From positions 1 through 64,000 of the forward strand of contig NOWV01000210.1 in the NCBI GenBank assembly GCA_003344405.1: DNA of 64,000 nt, in the 5' to 3' direction. The notes below the pieces were generated by a model. The model was given only the letters and a program-made list of their open reading frames with translations, was not told where the DNA came from and did no database searches. Position 1 is the first letter of the stretch. Every line of letters begins with the position of its first letter. This stretch comes from Trichoplax sp. H2. Its lineage: Eukaryota. This document shows, piece by piece, positions 42,601 through 54,331 of this stretch. A program made the position numbers and the translations under genes.

Positions 42601-45600
42601 AACACAGTATATCCAAATTGAAGTTAACTAAATAAGGACAGGCTAACAGAATTATCCTAACATAGATATTTCTACTCTAATACATTATATAACATTGTCA
42701 CAATATATTAGAGATATTTATGCGTCAATGTCCTATAACTCATTAATGCAAGAAAGAATCCTAATCTATAGGAAATATTGTGGATAAATTAATAACAATA
42801 TTATAGATAAATTAATTGCAATTGATTATCAAAGGTAGACGTATAATATGAAATCGTAATTCATAAATGTAACGTCATTAAGTTTATGAATTATCGGCTG
42901 AGTAGATAGTATAAGTTGGCCTGCCTCGTACTAATTAAAATTTAAAATGGATGAATCAAAGAAAAATAGGACTACAGAATTTCTATTGAAATTCAACTTT
43001 ATTTACAGTCCTTTATCCTATCTATCTTATTAGGTTTCGTTTCGATAGTTAAGATGAGTAATATTATCTTAAGTAAATATGACATTTGATTTATTTTTAA
43101 GGTTTTAAACTGCTACGGAAGGAATATAAACAGTTTATGTGTTTCTCTTAATTATTCAATCGGTACCAAAATTAATACTTAAATATTCAAAGAAATGACT
43201 GATAGTATCTGTAGATTTTGAAAAACTGAAGCGTCTTGATTTTAGAATGGTTAGCGATATACTCATATATATATATAATTATCATTTAAGATCTTATAAA
43301 TTACTCAAGTGATCTAGATAGTAGCGGAAGAATTATATTATCCTAAATCTGTCTTAAATTTACGATACATATTTGAGCGTTTTATAATGCTAATCAAAAT
43401 CAAATTTAATAACTAATGAATTTGGTTTAAAATCTGTGAAAATACTGCAGTCGCTATCTGAATTTTAATTGGTTTCATATCAGTGCGAAACCTTTTTATA
43501 CTTATAATTTAGACCATTCGAGTGTATCGCTTATTATACATTCATACGCATATACTGATTTTACACTTAATTACCGGCATCATGTAGAATTTCCTATAGA
43601 TATGTTTTATTCAAATGCCCTAATGTACTTCTTTATTGTAGCTTGCACAAAATGCGAACGAAGAAAGTTAATAAGTCAGTCATTAAAGGTATAATTAAAA
43701 TCCCAACTCACTGAGAATAATGAGATTTCTGAGAAAGTGTTATTATAAGCAATAATTCTTCAATGACGAATAGATCAATCAACTTTCTAGTCCTTTTGTC
43801 TTATCTAGGTAACATCATCAGACTATGAGACAAATATTTATGTGATAGGCGGACTTTGTAACCAAGAATCGCTTTGATTTTCTACGTCATAGCAATCTAG
43901 TGATAGCGCAGCTCATGATATCATGATACAAAAGCATAATTGCTTAAGCTTTACACATACTGTAAATTGCCTGTTCAAAATCTACACACTAGCACCAAAT
44001 AGAGCTATAGATTTTTAGCCATAGAATGAGATGATTGCAGTCGAGTCGCAATAGATTGCCTTAATAGACTAAAATCGGAATTTTTCTGTTTTCTAAACCT
44101 GAAGCTATAGTCAATAGTTCATGCACTTCATTTCTTCCCAATAATTATATGCAATACTAACTATTATATTTAAGAAAGTCCTACTTAGCTATAATTGTCC
44201 TCAATGGTAATACAAAACATATATTGTACATGTGCATTATGATCTACAAAATAATTTTAACTGCAAGGCTACTTTCAAGCCATAAACTAGCTTACAGTCT
44301 CCAATACGTTTAGAACAGTTATTTTATTTTAAAAACAAGTTTACACTTACAATCAAAATTATAAGATGTAATGTAACTTAGTATTGTGATTGTAGACTGT
44401 TAGCCATGTTTAGTATAATGTACGGTAGATATTTATCCTAAGAGATATTTGGTAGTTATAACTATAGACTGTAGTGGTAGAGACTCTATGCTAGAGTACA
44501 GATGACTATATACAGTAAGCTATTGAGTTACTAATAAGGCTATAGGTAAAAATAGAACCGTAAATCATATATTAGGATATGGTTAATTCATTGTACTTTG
44601 GCTGGTGTGAATGATGTCTACGTAAGCACTGTAGTCGTATCCATATTGGATTAATGATGGTCCGCAGTAGAATAGTCTTACTAAGAATTTAACTATGTGT
44701 AAAATAAGGTAAAAGTTTGCCATGCGGATTGTAGCTGCGAATGCTACGAAAAATATAAAAGCATGCAACTTTAGATTATTCTGTTAGTTCGTTGTAGAAG
44801 TCTTTAGTAGTAATATTCGGCTAGAATAGAGCTGTGAGTAGTTAATCTTTGTATAAGATTCAATAAAGCCCTTATTTTCTTCTAAAATTTGGAATTTCGT
44901 GATCGGTATATATCACACAAGGATAGAGATCATAGTAAGAAAAAAATTTCGAACAGATCGTATTTCTAATACTCGTACGAAAATAACGTCTAAACTATTG
45001 ATATTAAGAAATTCAGGTTTATCTTTTATATTGTTTCAAACTAATTTTAAAGCACAAACCAGTGATTAGAAGTTTTATTCGCGCATTAATGTATTATTTA
45101 AAAAAATTAAAAATCTGTAATAAACTATATATTGATACTATCTTAAGCATTATTTAAATCTTACTAGTGTAAATGATATTATTATTCGCTGTGTAATAAG
45201 GAAATGGAGTACCGCTAGTTTTTGTTTATCGACACGATGAGAAAAAGTTAGAATTTGAGAAGCCATTAATTTGGAAATGTAAGCGAAATGATAAAACATG
45301 TGCCTCATAATATTATATCTTATAGTAATAATATGATTTACACAAGAATTTAGTTAACATCTGACGATATACACAAAATTTATTATATTTAGATGGCTAT
45401 CCTCCACGCGATCATGTAGCTGTAAAAATCAACATTCTTACCATATCAAAATCCCTCTTTATCCCATTCAGTGTCTGTGCTTGCTTGGGAATATGTCTTG
45501 CTTTGGCTATTGCTGCTTTCGTCATCTACTTTAGGAACAATAAGTAATAAATTCACTATTATCATTTTATATCGATTTTTTTCATAATTACAAAAATAAT

Positions 45601-48249
45601 GAATAAGAACAAGATTTCTGGCCAAATATAATAGCTTACCAAGAATAGATAATCCTAAAATTTAATTGCGAAAAAGAATTATAAAAAAAATTTAAAAATA
45701 AATTTATAAATATATAAATTTTCTTTAATCAAAAATTGCCATTTATAGATTCATTAAAATGTCGAGCCCAAATTTAAATTATTCCATATTAGCCGGATGC
45801 ATACTATGCTATATTTCATCGATTTTTTTGGGCCTAGATAGCAATTTTGTTCCAAAGAGTGCACTTCGACATATGTGCACTATTCAAATTTGGTTGTTAA
45901 GCTTAGGATTTACCATTGCTTTTGGCTCAGTAACTGTAAAATCTTGGCGAATTTACAAAATCTTTTTTAATCCGACCAAAATCCGAATGGTAACTATCTA
46001 ATTTGAATCTTATATCATTTCACTTATAGATAGTGACGCTTTTTAAAATATTCCTCTTTAAATTGTTATAGATTAGAAATTTTATTCGTCCTATTAATTT
46101 ATTGAAAGTCTAAACTTGGTTACTATAATATAGATAATGTATTTTTTTATTCTTTGCTTTCATCATCTATAAAGGTTATAAGAGATATTCAACTTTTTGG
46201 ACGTCTAATACAACTCTTGGCTGTCGATATTGTTATACTATCTCTATGGACAACGATAGATCCAATTACCATCATGGAAAATAATATTGGCTCACCTAAG
46301 GTAAATTTACTCTTACTATGTGGCAATAAGTAGACTAAACCTTAATGCAACTTGAAACGATCATTAATTCTCTAGAATAATTTTACTATGGGAATAGTAT
46401 ATACTGTATATACTCGCATATACTGTATTAATGTGCAAAAAGAGAAAATGACGAATTTCAATTTTGAGTTAGTACTAGGGGTTACCCAGCGTTAGCATAA
46501 TTGCGATTTCATGAATTAGCTGCAAATTATATTCATCCCTACAGCTATTCATAATCAAGAAGCATTTAGAATTATATCTGTAGTTCTATAAGCTACTAAA
46601 AAATTTTGCAAAGGTCATATTTAACTTAAATATAATGTTCAATAAATGAGTTTTATTATTAATTTATTTGCGACTTCATCGAGCTTGATAAAATAATTTC
46701 ATTATTATAACTAGAAAAGCACTAAAAAACTAATATTCATGAAGAATGTTAGGAAAGCCTATACGGATAATTTATTTACACTAGTTATGAAATAGCCAAT
46801 TTTCATTTATCTCTTTGCATTTTTACGTATCATTAAAGTGCAGTACTACCAACATTTTACGATGCCACACTATAGCTTAACTTGACATTATTATTATCTG
46901 CTTACACATAGTCGATAGTTGATCAGTACTTAGGCGCTTAAACAGGTCAGTAAAGTTGCTTTATGGATATCTCAACTTAAAAGAGTCACTATTTCATCGC
47001 ATATGTAAAATTAGAATAAAGGCAAAATAAATAGTATAGCGAAACTTTTCAGAATTGCTCGAAGTCTTTAAAGAAGTAAACCCATTTCTGCGTATCAATA
47101 TACGTGTCAATGTAGGGCCGTAGCCAATTCAAGTGATAACTTTAAGATTATTAGAAACGTTCTAACAATAAATAAGTATATAAATTGAGAATCTATAATG
47201 ATTCAAATTTACCAATAAAATATTGTAGTTGAAAACCTATAAAGAGAAATTGACAAACGTCAAAATCTAATCTCACTCCGTCCTTCAATAAATTCGTTAT
47301 GTATTTGGAATCTAATTAAATTTAAAAATATCCATTGTACTTCGATAGATTTATACGATCTTTCCAAATTACAAATTTCTAGGATTTATCATTACTAACA
47401 ACTGCTTTTATTATAAAATTACTTCTAGAGAATTGTAACAGCTAACATTGAAACTATAGTAATGCATCGGATTCAAATTTGCTACTCCAAATATACAAGT
47501 GTTTGGCTCGCAGTGACTCTTAGCTATAAATTATTATTATTGCTTGTTGGTGTATTCTTAGCATGGAAGACTCGTAAAGTTTCTATCGACTCGTTAAATG
47601 ATTCCCATTCGCTAGCTATGACAGTTTATAATATATTTGTCTTAAGTTGTACCGGGATCATAGTTGGTATCGCATCAAATTTAATCCTAGATGCTCAATT
47701 TGCAATGCAAGCTAGTTTTATTATCTTATGTACAACATCCTCAATGGGATTGCTCTTCATCCCTAAGGTAACTCTATATTATAGAACCTGCATTAAACAT
47801 TGTATCGCAAGTAATGCAGTCCAATTATTATCATAAACACAGATTATCTTATAATAAATAATTTCACTATCTTATCCTATTTGAAAATGATTAGATATCA
47901 CAAGTCAAGATTCATCCTATCCAAGTAACTTCTTCTTCCAAACTGGATAAGCAAGTTCGCGAATCTTTTCAAAAATCAACCCTTAGCCAAAAAAATCTGG
48001 AGCTAGAGCTTCGAAAATTGAAATTAATCATATCTGAGGTAATTTGATATAATGAGGTTTATGATGTTATAGCGTGGTAATGTTACGTAACAGTAATATG
48101 TTGTACGTAATTGTTTCATCCGCTATTATCATAGTGGAACCTTGGATTATGACTAATAAGTTATTAACTTCATCTAGCAACATCAAAGAATGCAACTGAT
48201 GGAGAAATCTGACCAAAACTCGACACAAATCAAAGTGGCCGAAATATAA
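36622..48249 (+). CDS. GABA-B-receptor-like class C GPCR, paralog 3 (complete, 779 aa). Exons: 36622-36843, 37137-37274, 37459-37629, 38407-38508, 38664-38729, 41195-41389, 41605-41838, 41995-42055, 45201-45278, 45393-45543, 45749-45989, 46175-46300, 47429-47767, 47895-48038, 48178-48249
   Basis: Signal peptide MKFIVYFAVFSLINFITTCLC. Internal exon lengths are identical to paralog 2 (138,171,102,66,195,234,61,78,151,241,126,339,144). In frame and GT-AG throughout, with the same VFT, 7TM and coiled-coil motifs. Confidence 0.95.
39173..39208. repeat. 17-bp tandem duplication (CGATTCTTATGCTAGAT x2)
   Basis: Directly visible in intron 5 of paralog 3. Confidence 0.8.
39609..40077 (-). mobile_element. 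Candidate solo-LTR-like element containing a hairpin insert
   Basis: TG...CGTAACA ends. Minus-strand TATATAA at 39823-39829 and AATAAA at 39770-39775. The right flank GTACT also occurs 3 bp left of the TG (39601-39605), so the TSD is imperfect. Confidence 0.4.
39644..39689. repeat. Short palindromic hairpin element, copy 1
   Basis: TATATATGAACGTAACCG-tatgcgaagt-CGGTCACGTTCATATATA; near-identical to 54739-54780. Confidence 0.85.
42082..42702 (-). mobile_element. Solo LTR family A, copy 3 (intron 8 of paralog 3, 26 bp from the exon end)
   Basis: TGTAACA...TGTCACA ends with perfect TSD ATATA. Full-length match to the other A copies. Confidence 0.9.
44367..44917 (+). mobile_element. Solo LTR family B, copy 3 (intron 8 of paralog 3)
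   Basis: TGTAATG...TATCACA ends with flanks TAAGA/CAAGG (3/5). Full-length match to the other B copies. Confidence 0.88.
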
Positions 48250-49439
48250 AAATGGTTAATTTTTGACGATTCTTTCACAACTAGAAAGAAATGGCATTGG
48301 TAACAGTTTCATGCATTCGCGATGATAAAATTAGCCAGCTTCAAATGCCACTCTCTGCAGTTTCTAACTTTATATCGACATAGATTACTCCTAGTTCACA
48401 TTTAATTATCTTGATATTGAAATAACTTTATCATGATCCATTAAGATTAGCGTTCGGTAATAGTCCTAATTGTAATTATAATTCTAGTTATACGCATATT
48501 AGATAGTTAGAGTAACGTTAGCCAAGTCATTGTTAGCTCGCCTTTTAAAATCCTTCACAGTCTTAATTTCAACTAATTTTAAAACTGAAACAACCTAATG
48601 TATCAAATCAGCGAGACATAACATAAATTTTATTGGGAATGAGCTACTTTGAGCATTTATACATCACACCTGTAGATTTAAACTCACAGCTACAGCGATC
48701 GTTTACTATAACTTTATGTAAGAAAGAAGTACGATAATATCAGCAGGTGGTGAATAATTCTATATTCCCTCGTATTCAATTGTTGTAGAGTTTCTAGTAT
48801 TTTTTTCTCCTGTTACAATGTAATATAATGCAACTTGATATTTATACTTATAGTACAGTTTTATGAGTAGGTAATGCATCATAGATTAAGTGTTATATTG
48901 AGTATACTAGTGAGAGATCTACAATAAATAGCCAAAATGATTGCATAAGTGAAGAATTCTACTTTGTGTCATATCAATTTACTGCCTTTACAGTATATAT
49001 TATAGACGTTACAACCAATGTCCATAAATTGCACATAAATGAGTGCAATTCTAACCTAAAGTGTAAGCGGATTCGCTGAGTCTCTTCTAATTTATGCACT
49101 CTACAAGCAAGCAGCTACGCCTCATAAACCAGGATGAATTATCGCCTAGAATCGCGGTACAAGCTATCATGAAGACATTGTTCAACTTGAGGCCAATTTA
49201 ACATTCTTGTATGGAGATTACAATAGACTGTTAACAATAGAAATTGCTGCAGTTATAAGCTGCTATAGCAAATTGCCTATCTATACGCGTATAATATTAT
49301 TTATTATACTTACTCTACTCTCATTTACTATCAAAGACTCAACTCTGATCAGTAGTTGCATATCGTGTTCTTAATCTAGCCACTATAGTACCAGCTATAC
49401 AAAATACGTGAATGTGATTTCTTATAGCAATACACTATT

Positions 49440-50640
49440 CAACGCATACAGCCAGCGATGACTTGACTGAAGCAGTAAACTCTGCCTCTTTAGGAGATGC
49501 GACCTGTAGATGCTCTGCATGTCCATACCGAAGAAACGAACTAGTCTATATAGCATGCTTTATGCTCTTATTAATCAATTTAGAACACCTTACTAAAATG
49601 ATGGAGTAGTTCCTCAAAATAGAAGACTAAATTAATGCATTTTAACCTTTCTCATCCAATTTTGGCTAGTCCAATGTATCCAATACTAGTGGCATAAACT
49701 GTGCAATTAGTCAAGGTCATGAGTAGTGCTTATGTTTTATGTGCAAAAAGAAATATGGTATATAGTTACAAATTGAATGCAACAAGCTGCCAGTCATGCT
49801 GATGTCGCTAACGTATCTGTATTGACAGTACTATACCTTACCATGGACTATGGAACTACTAAGAACTTGTAAAAGAAGACTATTTTTAGTAATCCTATAT
49901 GATTAAGTCGCATGCATGCAAAGTAGCTGACGAAATTCGAATGTCGTTCTCCTGTAGAAGGAAATCGGAGCATTCTGTGTAGCCTCATGTGAACCAGGAC
50001 GGCACACTGCACAGTGAACCAGGCCAGTATAAGGTCTAAACATCTTCGTATAACGTTTCTGAATTTCATTTACATGCATCCTCACTTCGGCAATTACTAT
50101 AGATTGAAATGGATTCAGATAATAATTTTAACTGTATCTGTTTTACAACGGGCATTCCACATCTAGTTTTAAAATACTGTAAGTTAGTAAATTTAGATAC
50201 AATTATACTCGGGATTGATTTGGCGACAATTGTTTCACTAACTGTGAAAGTAGTATTTCCTCCATGTACAAAACCGACTTAGCAGCATGCTATTCGGTCT
50301 AGAGATTTCAAAATTTTTCTATCTCTATGGCAACACGTTAGCAGCTAATTTACATGTGCATCGCGGACAGTATAGTGTCCCATTGCAGGCATGCAGTACA
50401 GGTGAAATGACTAGAAAAAGAATCGGTCGGAAAATTTTTACCTTGATATGGTCAATATACTACCGTACATTACGCCAGGTACAGTACTTTTCTACAGTAT
50501 AATACCAACTGTACTGTAGTAAAATGACCAAGGACGACATCTGCGCATGCTACAGTTCCTGCAACAAAGGCATTGAGAGACTAGAGGAGCAACCATCTTG
50601 TCTTACCTGGGAATTGCTTTCCTCTTGCCTATCGAATAAT
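49440..50640 (-). pseudogene. Decayed ankyrin-repeat gene, head-to-head with MRPS18B
   Basis: Successive minus-strand fragments carry ankyrin-like signatures: GTVACADVVLGHFTTVQL (~50560-50507), ISPVLHAC/MGHYTV (~50410-50365), HAAK/GFVH (~50288), KTDTVKIII (~50140), GYTECSDFLL (49984) and LRYGHAEHLQV (~49530). Several are AG/GT-bounded; there are many stops and frameshifts. Confidence 0.5.
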
Positions 50641-50680
50641 ACTGTTGAGCGAAAGTTTCGAAATTAGCCTTAGATCAATC

Positions 50681-52306
50681 ATGTTGAGCCGTTGGGGTAT
50701 ATTAGATCGTCGATGGATATCAGCGATACGACAATTGGCCGGAAATGGGTGCTCTCTGAAGCCAGTACAAGCGCTATGGAGCGGATGGAGTAGACCTATT
50801 TATACGAGTCCACTGAGCTTGCAAGATCAACCGCTTCGGGGTCGAGGTCGAAGAACTGAAACGGATGAAAGCAGAAGAGCAAACACCAGCACGAATACTA
50901 CAACAGGTAATTTAGCATGAAAGTTGGATGCTACTAGTAGGTAATGTGGATCAATATGAGCCATATAGCCATGCTGATCGGCTCATTTTATATCATAAAA
51001 ATTTGCAATCATCTTTTTTCGAGCTTGCCAGTCGTGCAAATTTTTTTTACTTATTCAATTATGCTGATTCTATCTTACTTTAATTTGCTGAGAATGAACG
51101 GTATTATGAAAGATAGATTTGGAATAGCAGAAATTGTCAAGGCCTCAGGATTGCCATCTTAATTGTAATCTCATCTTTTTTTCTTTTTGATGATATGTCG
51201 TTGCAGAAAGTAAACCTGTATGGGCATCATACAGACGAAATCATAAAGGCATGATTCCACCTCAGGTAATGGCTATTGTTAGATCAAATCTTGATTGATC
51301 CTGACTACATTTCTGCATTATTGATACTGACGGTTATTCCAATCATTTTCTCTTTACATTCGCCTCATGTGGATCACTTTTAAATGACTCCGAATTCAGA
51401 AAACAAGACTTCGATGTGTCGTAAGTTGAGAATGATAGTTTCCAGAAATCATTCTAAATGAATCGTACTACATTATAGATAGAAATACAGTACAATACTA
51501 CGTAGATAGCAGCTTGTGTCCAACTGGCTCAAGATACTAGTGTAGACAACCACGTATGGTTAAATGGTATATTGTCTACCTCACTCATTCGCTTCAATTT
51601 TCTTTCTGTAGAGAAGAGGTAAGGTAGCATCCAATCCATGTCCGATATGCCGACAAAAATCTGGAACCTTGGATTACACAGTGAGTAATGCTACGATAAT
51701 TGGCATCATTAAACTATTTTAATGACGGAGGTGACAACCGTGCTTGCATGGCCTCCACAGTATTTGCTAGCGTTGTGTACCAATCTCATAAGCCTTGAAA
51801 ATATGAGGCGATACGATCGTTTGATAATATTCTATTTTGCTGTTATTCCTGTCATAGAATGTAAACTTTCTGAAGCAATTCATTTCACCTTTTACTGGCA
51901 AGATATATGAACCATTCGTAACAGGTATTATCTATATTGAGGTTCATGTCTATTTTAGCTAATGGATATAGGTACTAGGATAGGTTGACAAATTCTACTC
52001 TTATTGCACATCTAATTCTAAAGAATAATCATTAAAAGTAGCCGTAACAATTTTTGCGATAATCAGGTGTATGCAGATTATCACATAAGAGATTGGTCAA
52101 ATCAATAGAAAAGAGTCGAAATTTAGGTATAAATATTTAGTTTGAATGTTTCACATAGGATCATTCTCTATTTTTATGGGCTTAACGCAAGGTCTAGTAT
52201 TAAATGTCTTCATGGTTTCTGACATAATTTAGGTTTACTACCTACTCCTATCCCATTGAATTTACCTATACCCGAACAACCTATGTCACGGAATGATTCG
52301 CTATGA
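50681..52306 (+). CDS. MRPS18B: Mitochondrial ribosomal protein S18B (mS40), 191 aa. Exons: 50681-50906, 51207-51265, 51400-51420, 51612-51680, 51858-51924, 52067-52126, 52233-52306
   Basis: The spliced protein contains ...ESKPVWASYRRNHKGMIPPQ-KTRLRCV-RRGKVASNPCPICRQKSGTLDYT-NVNFLKQFISPFTGKIYEPFVTG-VCRLSHKRLVKSIEKSRNLG-LLP... This matches the MRPS18B signature PVWxxYRRNHKG..PPQ.TRK.C...NPCPICR plus the S18 core. The Arg-rich N-terminus fits a mitochondrial presequence. All introns are GT-AG and phase-compatible (576 nt). Confidence 0.93.
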
Positions 52307-53139
52307 AGATAACCTATATTTAATCTAATAGCTACTTCGCTTACGTTACTAAACTACGATATCCAAAATATTTAATCCATGATATATTTTGCGTGTAATG
52401 ATTTAACCATTTGCTGATTGTAATGTATAAAGTTGTTAAGCAACATTGATTCTCTTTTATTATTACTGCGTAAAGGATTAAAGATTATGCTTAATACAGT
52501 GTTAACCGTGCTTTTAGATTTTTAAAACTAGTAATTCTGTAGGTAGGCCTGAATCATTTAGATGTTTATCATCTATTTATTCACATCTAGCCATCGTCAG
52601 ATTAGTAATTTCACATTCTCGCCAGTAGCGGACCGTTCGTATTTTACTACGATATGCACAGAGAGGTTTCTAAATCCTAGTGACTTTCTTATAGTACATT
52701 GTTTGCTCTGAAACAGCTGTAGCTGAAATAATAAAGTAATAATAATAACAGCAGAAGAGTCAGAAGTGCCGTAATCAGAAATACCAAATTAGAACATTTT
52801 ATGAACTTATCTCTAATTACTATATTTAAGAAGTCGGATAAATCCTCAAATTAGTAAAATGGATAATGACCAGCAAGTATATGAATTTCCTTCGGTTGCC
52901 TTGCATAATTAGTCAACGATATAGCTAATTGTTCATAAATTTATTCAAGGAAAATAATTATCCATAACTATAGCAATGTGCAGTACGTTACATTAGACCA
53001 TTTTACATCGAATGGTTCAACTTCTGTTCAAATTGAGTTCTAAAAACGATAAGTTATTTAGGAATACGTAGAAACCAGGTCAAGGTATTAAAACAGTAAT
53101 AAGCAATCATATAGACCAGTGTTACTTAAACAAGTATAC

Positions 53140-53410
53140 TTATGAAGGTAGAGCATATACTTAAAGCTTTAAGATATCTCAAACTAAATTCGAGCATTTA
53201 AATTCTCATGAACAGGGCAGGGCCTATTCTAAGACAAGGGTTCATTTTCTTGTCAAGAACACGTACTTTTAATATGTTTATGAAGTTACAGCATGTACCT
53301 GATGCTTTATGATATCTTAAACTGAATCAGAACGTTTGAATTTCTCATAAACAAGGTTGGGCCTATTTTAAGACACATTTTCATTTTCTTATCAAAAACA
53401 CGTACATTTT
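53140..53410. repeat. Diverged ~138-bp tandem duplication (2 copies)
   Basis: ttatgaag.ta.agcat.tac.t...gcttta.gatatct.aaact...gggcctatt.taagaca...ttcattttctt.tcaa.aacacgtac occurs at ~53140 and ~53278. Confidence 0.75.
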
Positions 53411-53695
53411 CAAATTATAATTCAATATAAGTTGAGCGGCTACAAAACTGGATTCTATTTTCAAGTTGATCACGATGCCGAAACAAATTACAACATTATT
53501 TAACAAATATTTCCAAATCGTTTCCTGTTAAATTAATGTTGCGGTCATTTAATGAGCCTCTGCAGTGTTGTATATAATGTTCAAGTCGAAAATTTCATGG
53601 TGTATTTCTGGAATGTATTCATGGTAAGCCTTCAGTTATCATAAAATTAAGATATTTTTTCTGTCTAGTAATTGCTATAAAATTGTCTATGAACC

Positions 53696-54331
53696 TGTTA
53701 CAAAATAGCTTTGCAACAAGATAACGTAATGCGCGATCAATCAGTCGATTCCCTGAACTACGTATCAGGGAGTAGTATCTACTATTTCAGGAACTTTTTT
53801 CCTATACTAATAGACTACAAAAAGACTTGGATGCCTCGTATCTTACGCTAAACACTAATCTTAAGAACTAACTTTATTATACGATTTATCTCATTTATAT
53901 ACTCTTTTACATTAGCAAAGACATCCTGGTAAGTAATATTAACGTTGAAACCTGATAATGAATCAAAAGCTAATTATGTCTACTGCCACCTAATGAAGAC
54001 AACAGTGTTTACGAACATAGACATCGAATGACTAATATAAAATTGTCAGATTACAATATGTCCTATCACGCAACATGTCTACGATAATCTACAATCTACC
54101 ATAAGTAAATTACAATCACAGTAATTTGAATTGTAAGATTATTCTCGATTCCCCAATTAAACTACTAATTTCAGTAGGCTATATATATCACCATAAAAGC
54201 TAGTGCTATATTTAAATATCACATATCTAAATTAGTGACTCTTCATATAAGGGTGAATCAACAAAATCATCCTAACATACAGTAGATGTTTCTACTATAA
54301 TCTCGATATAACAGTGTATAACACTGTAACA
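53696..54331 (-). mobile_element. Solo LTR family A, copy 4 (more diverged)
   Basis: TGTTACA...TGTAACA ends with perfect TSD GAACC. Colinear with the other A copies but with more substitutions. Confidence 0.9.

Noticed and set aside
25308..44768. ORFs 25308-25493 (+) and 44583-44768 (-) encode similar hydrophobic peptides
   Set aside because: Both are antisense readings of the same part of family B LTRs. The similarity comes from the repeat, and there is no sign of selection for coding.
1..48249. Assigning GABBR1 or GABBR2 symbols to the receptors
   Set aside because: They show mixed features and a diverged pocket. Orthology cannot be established without a phylogeny.
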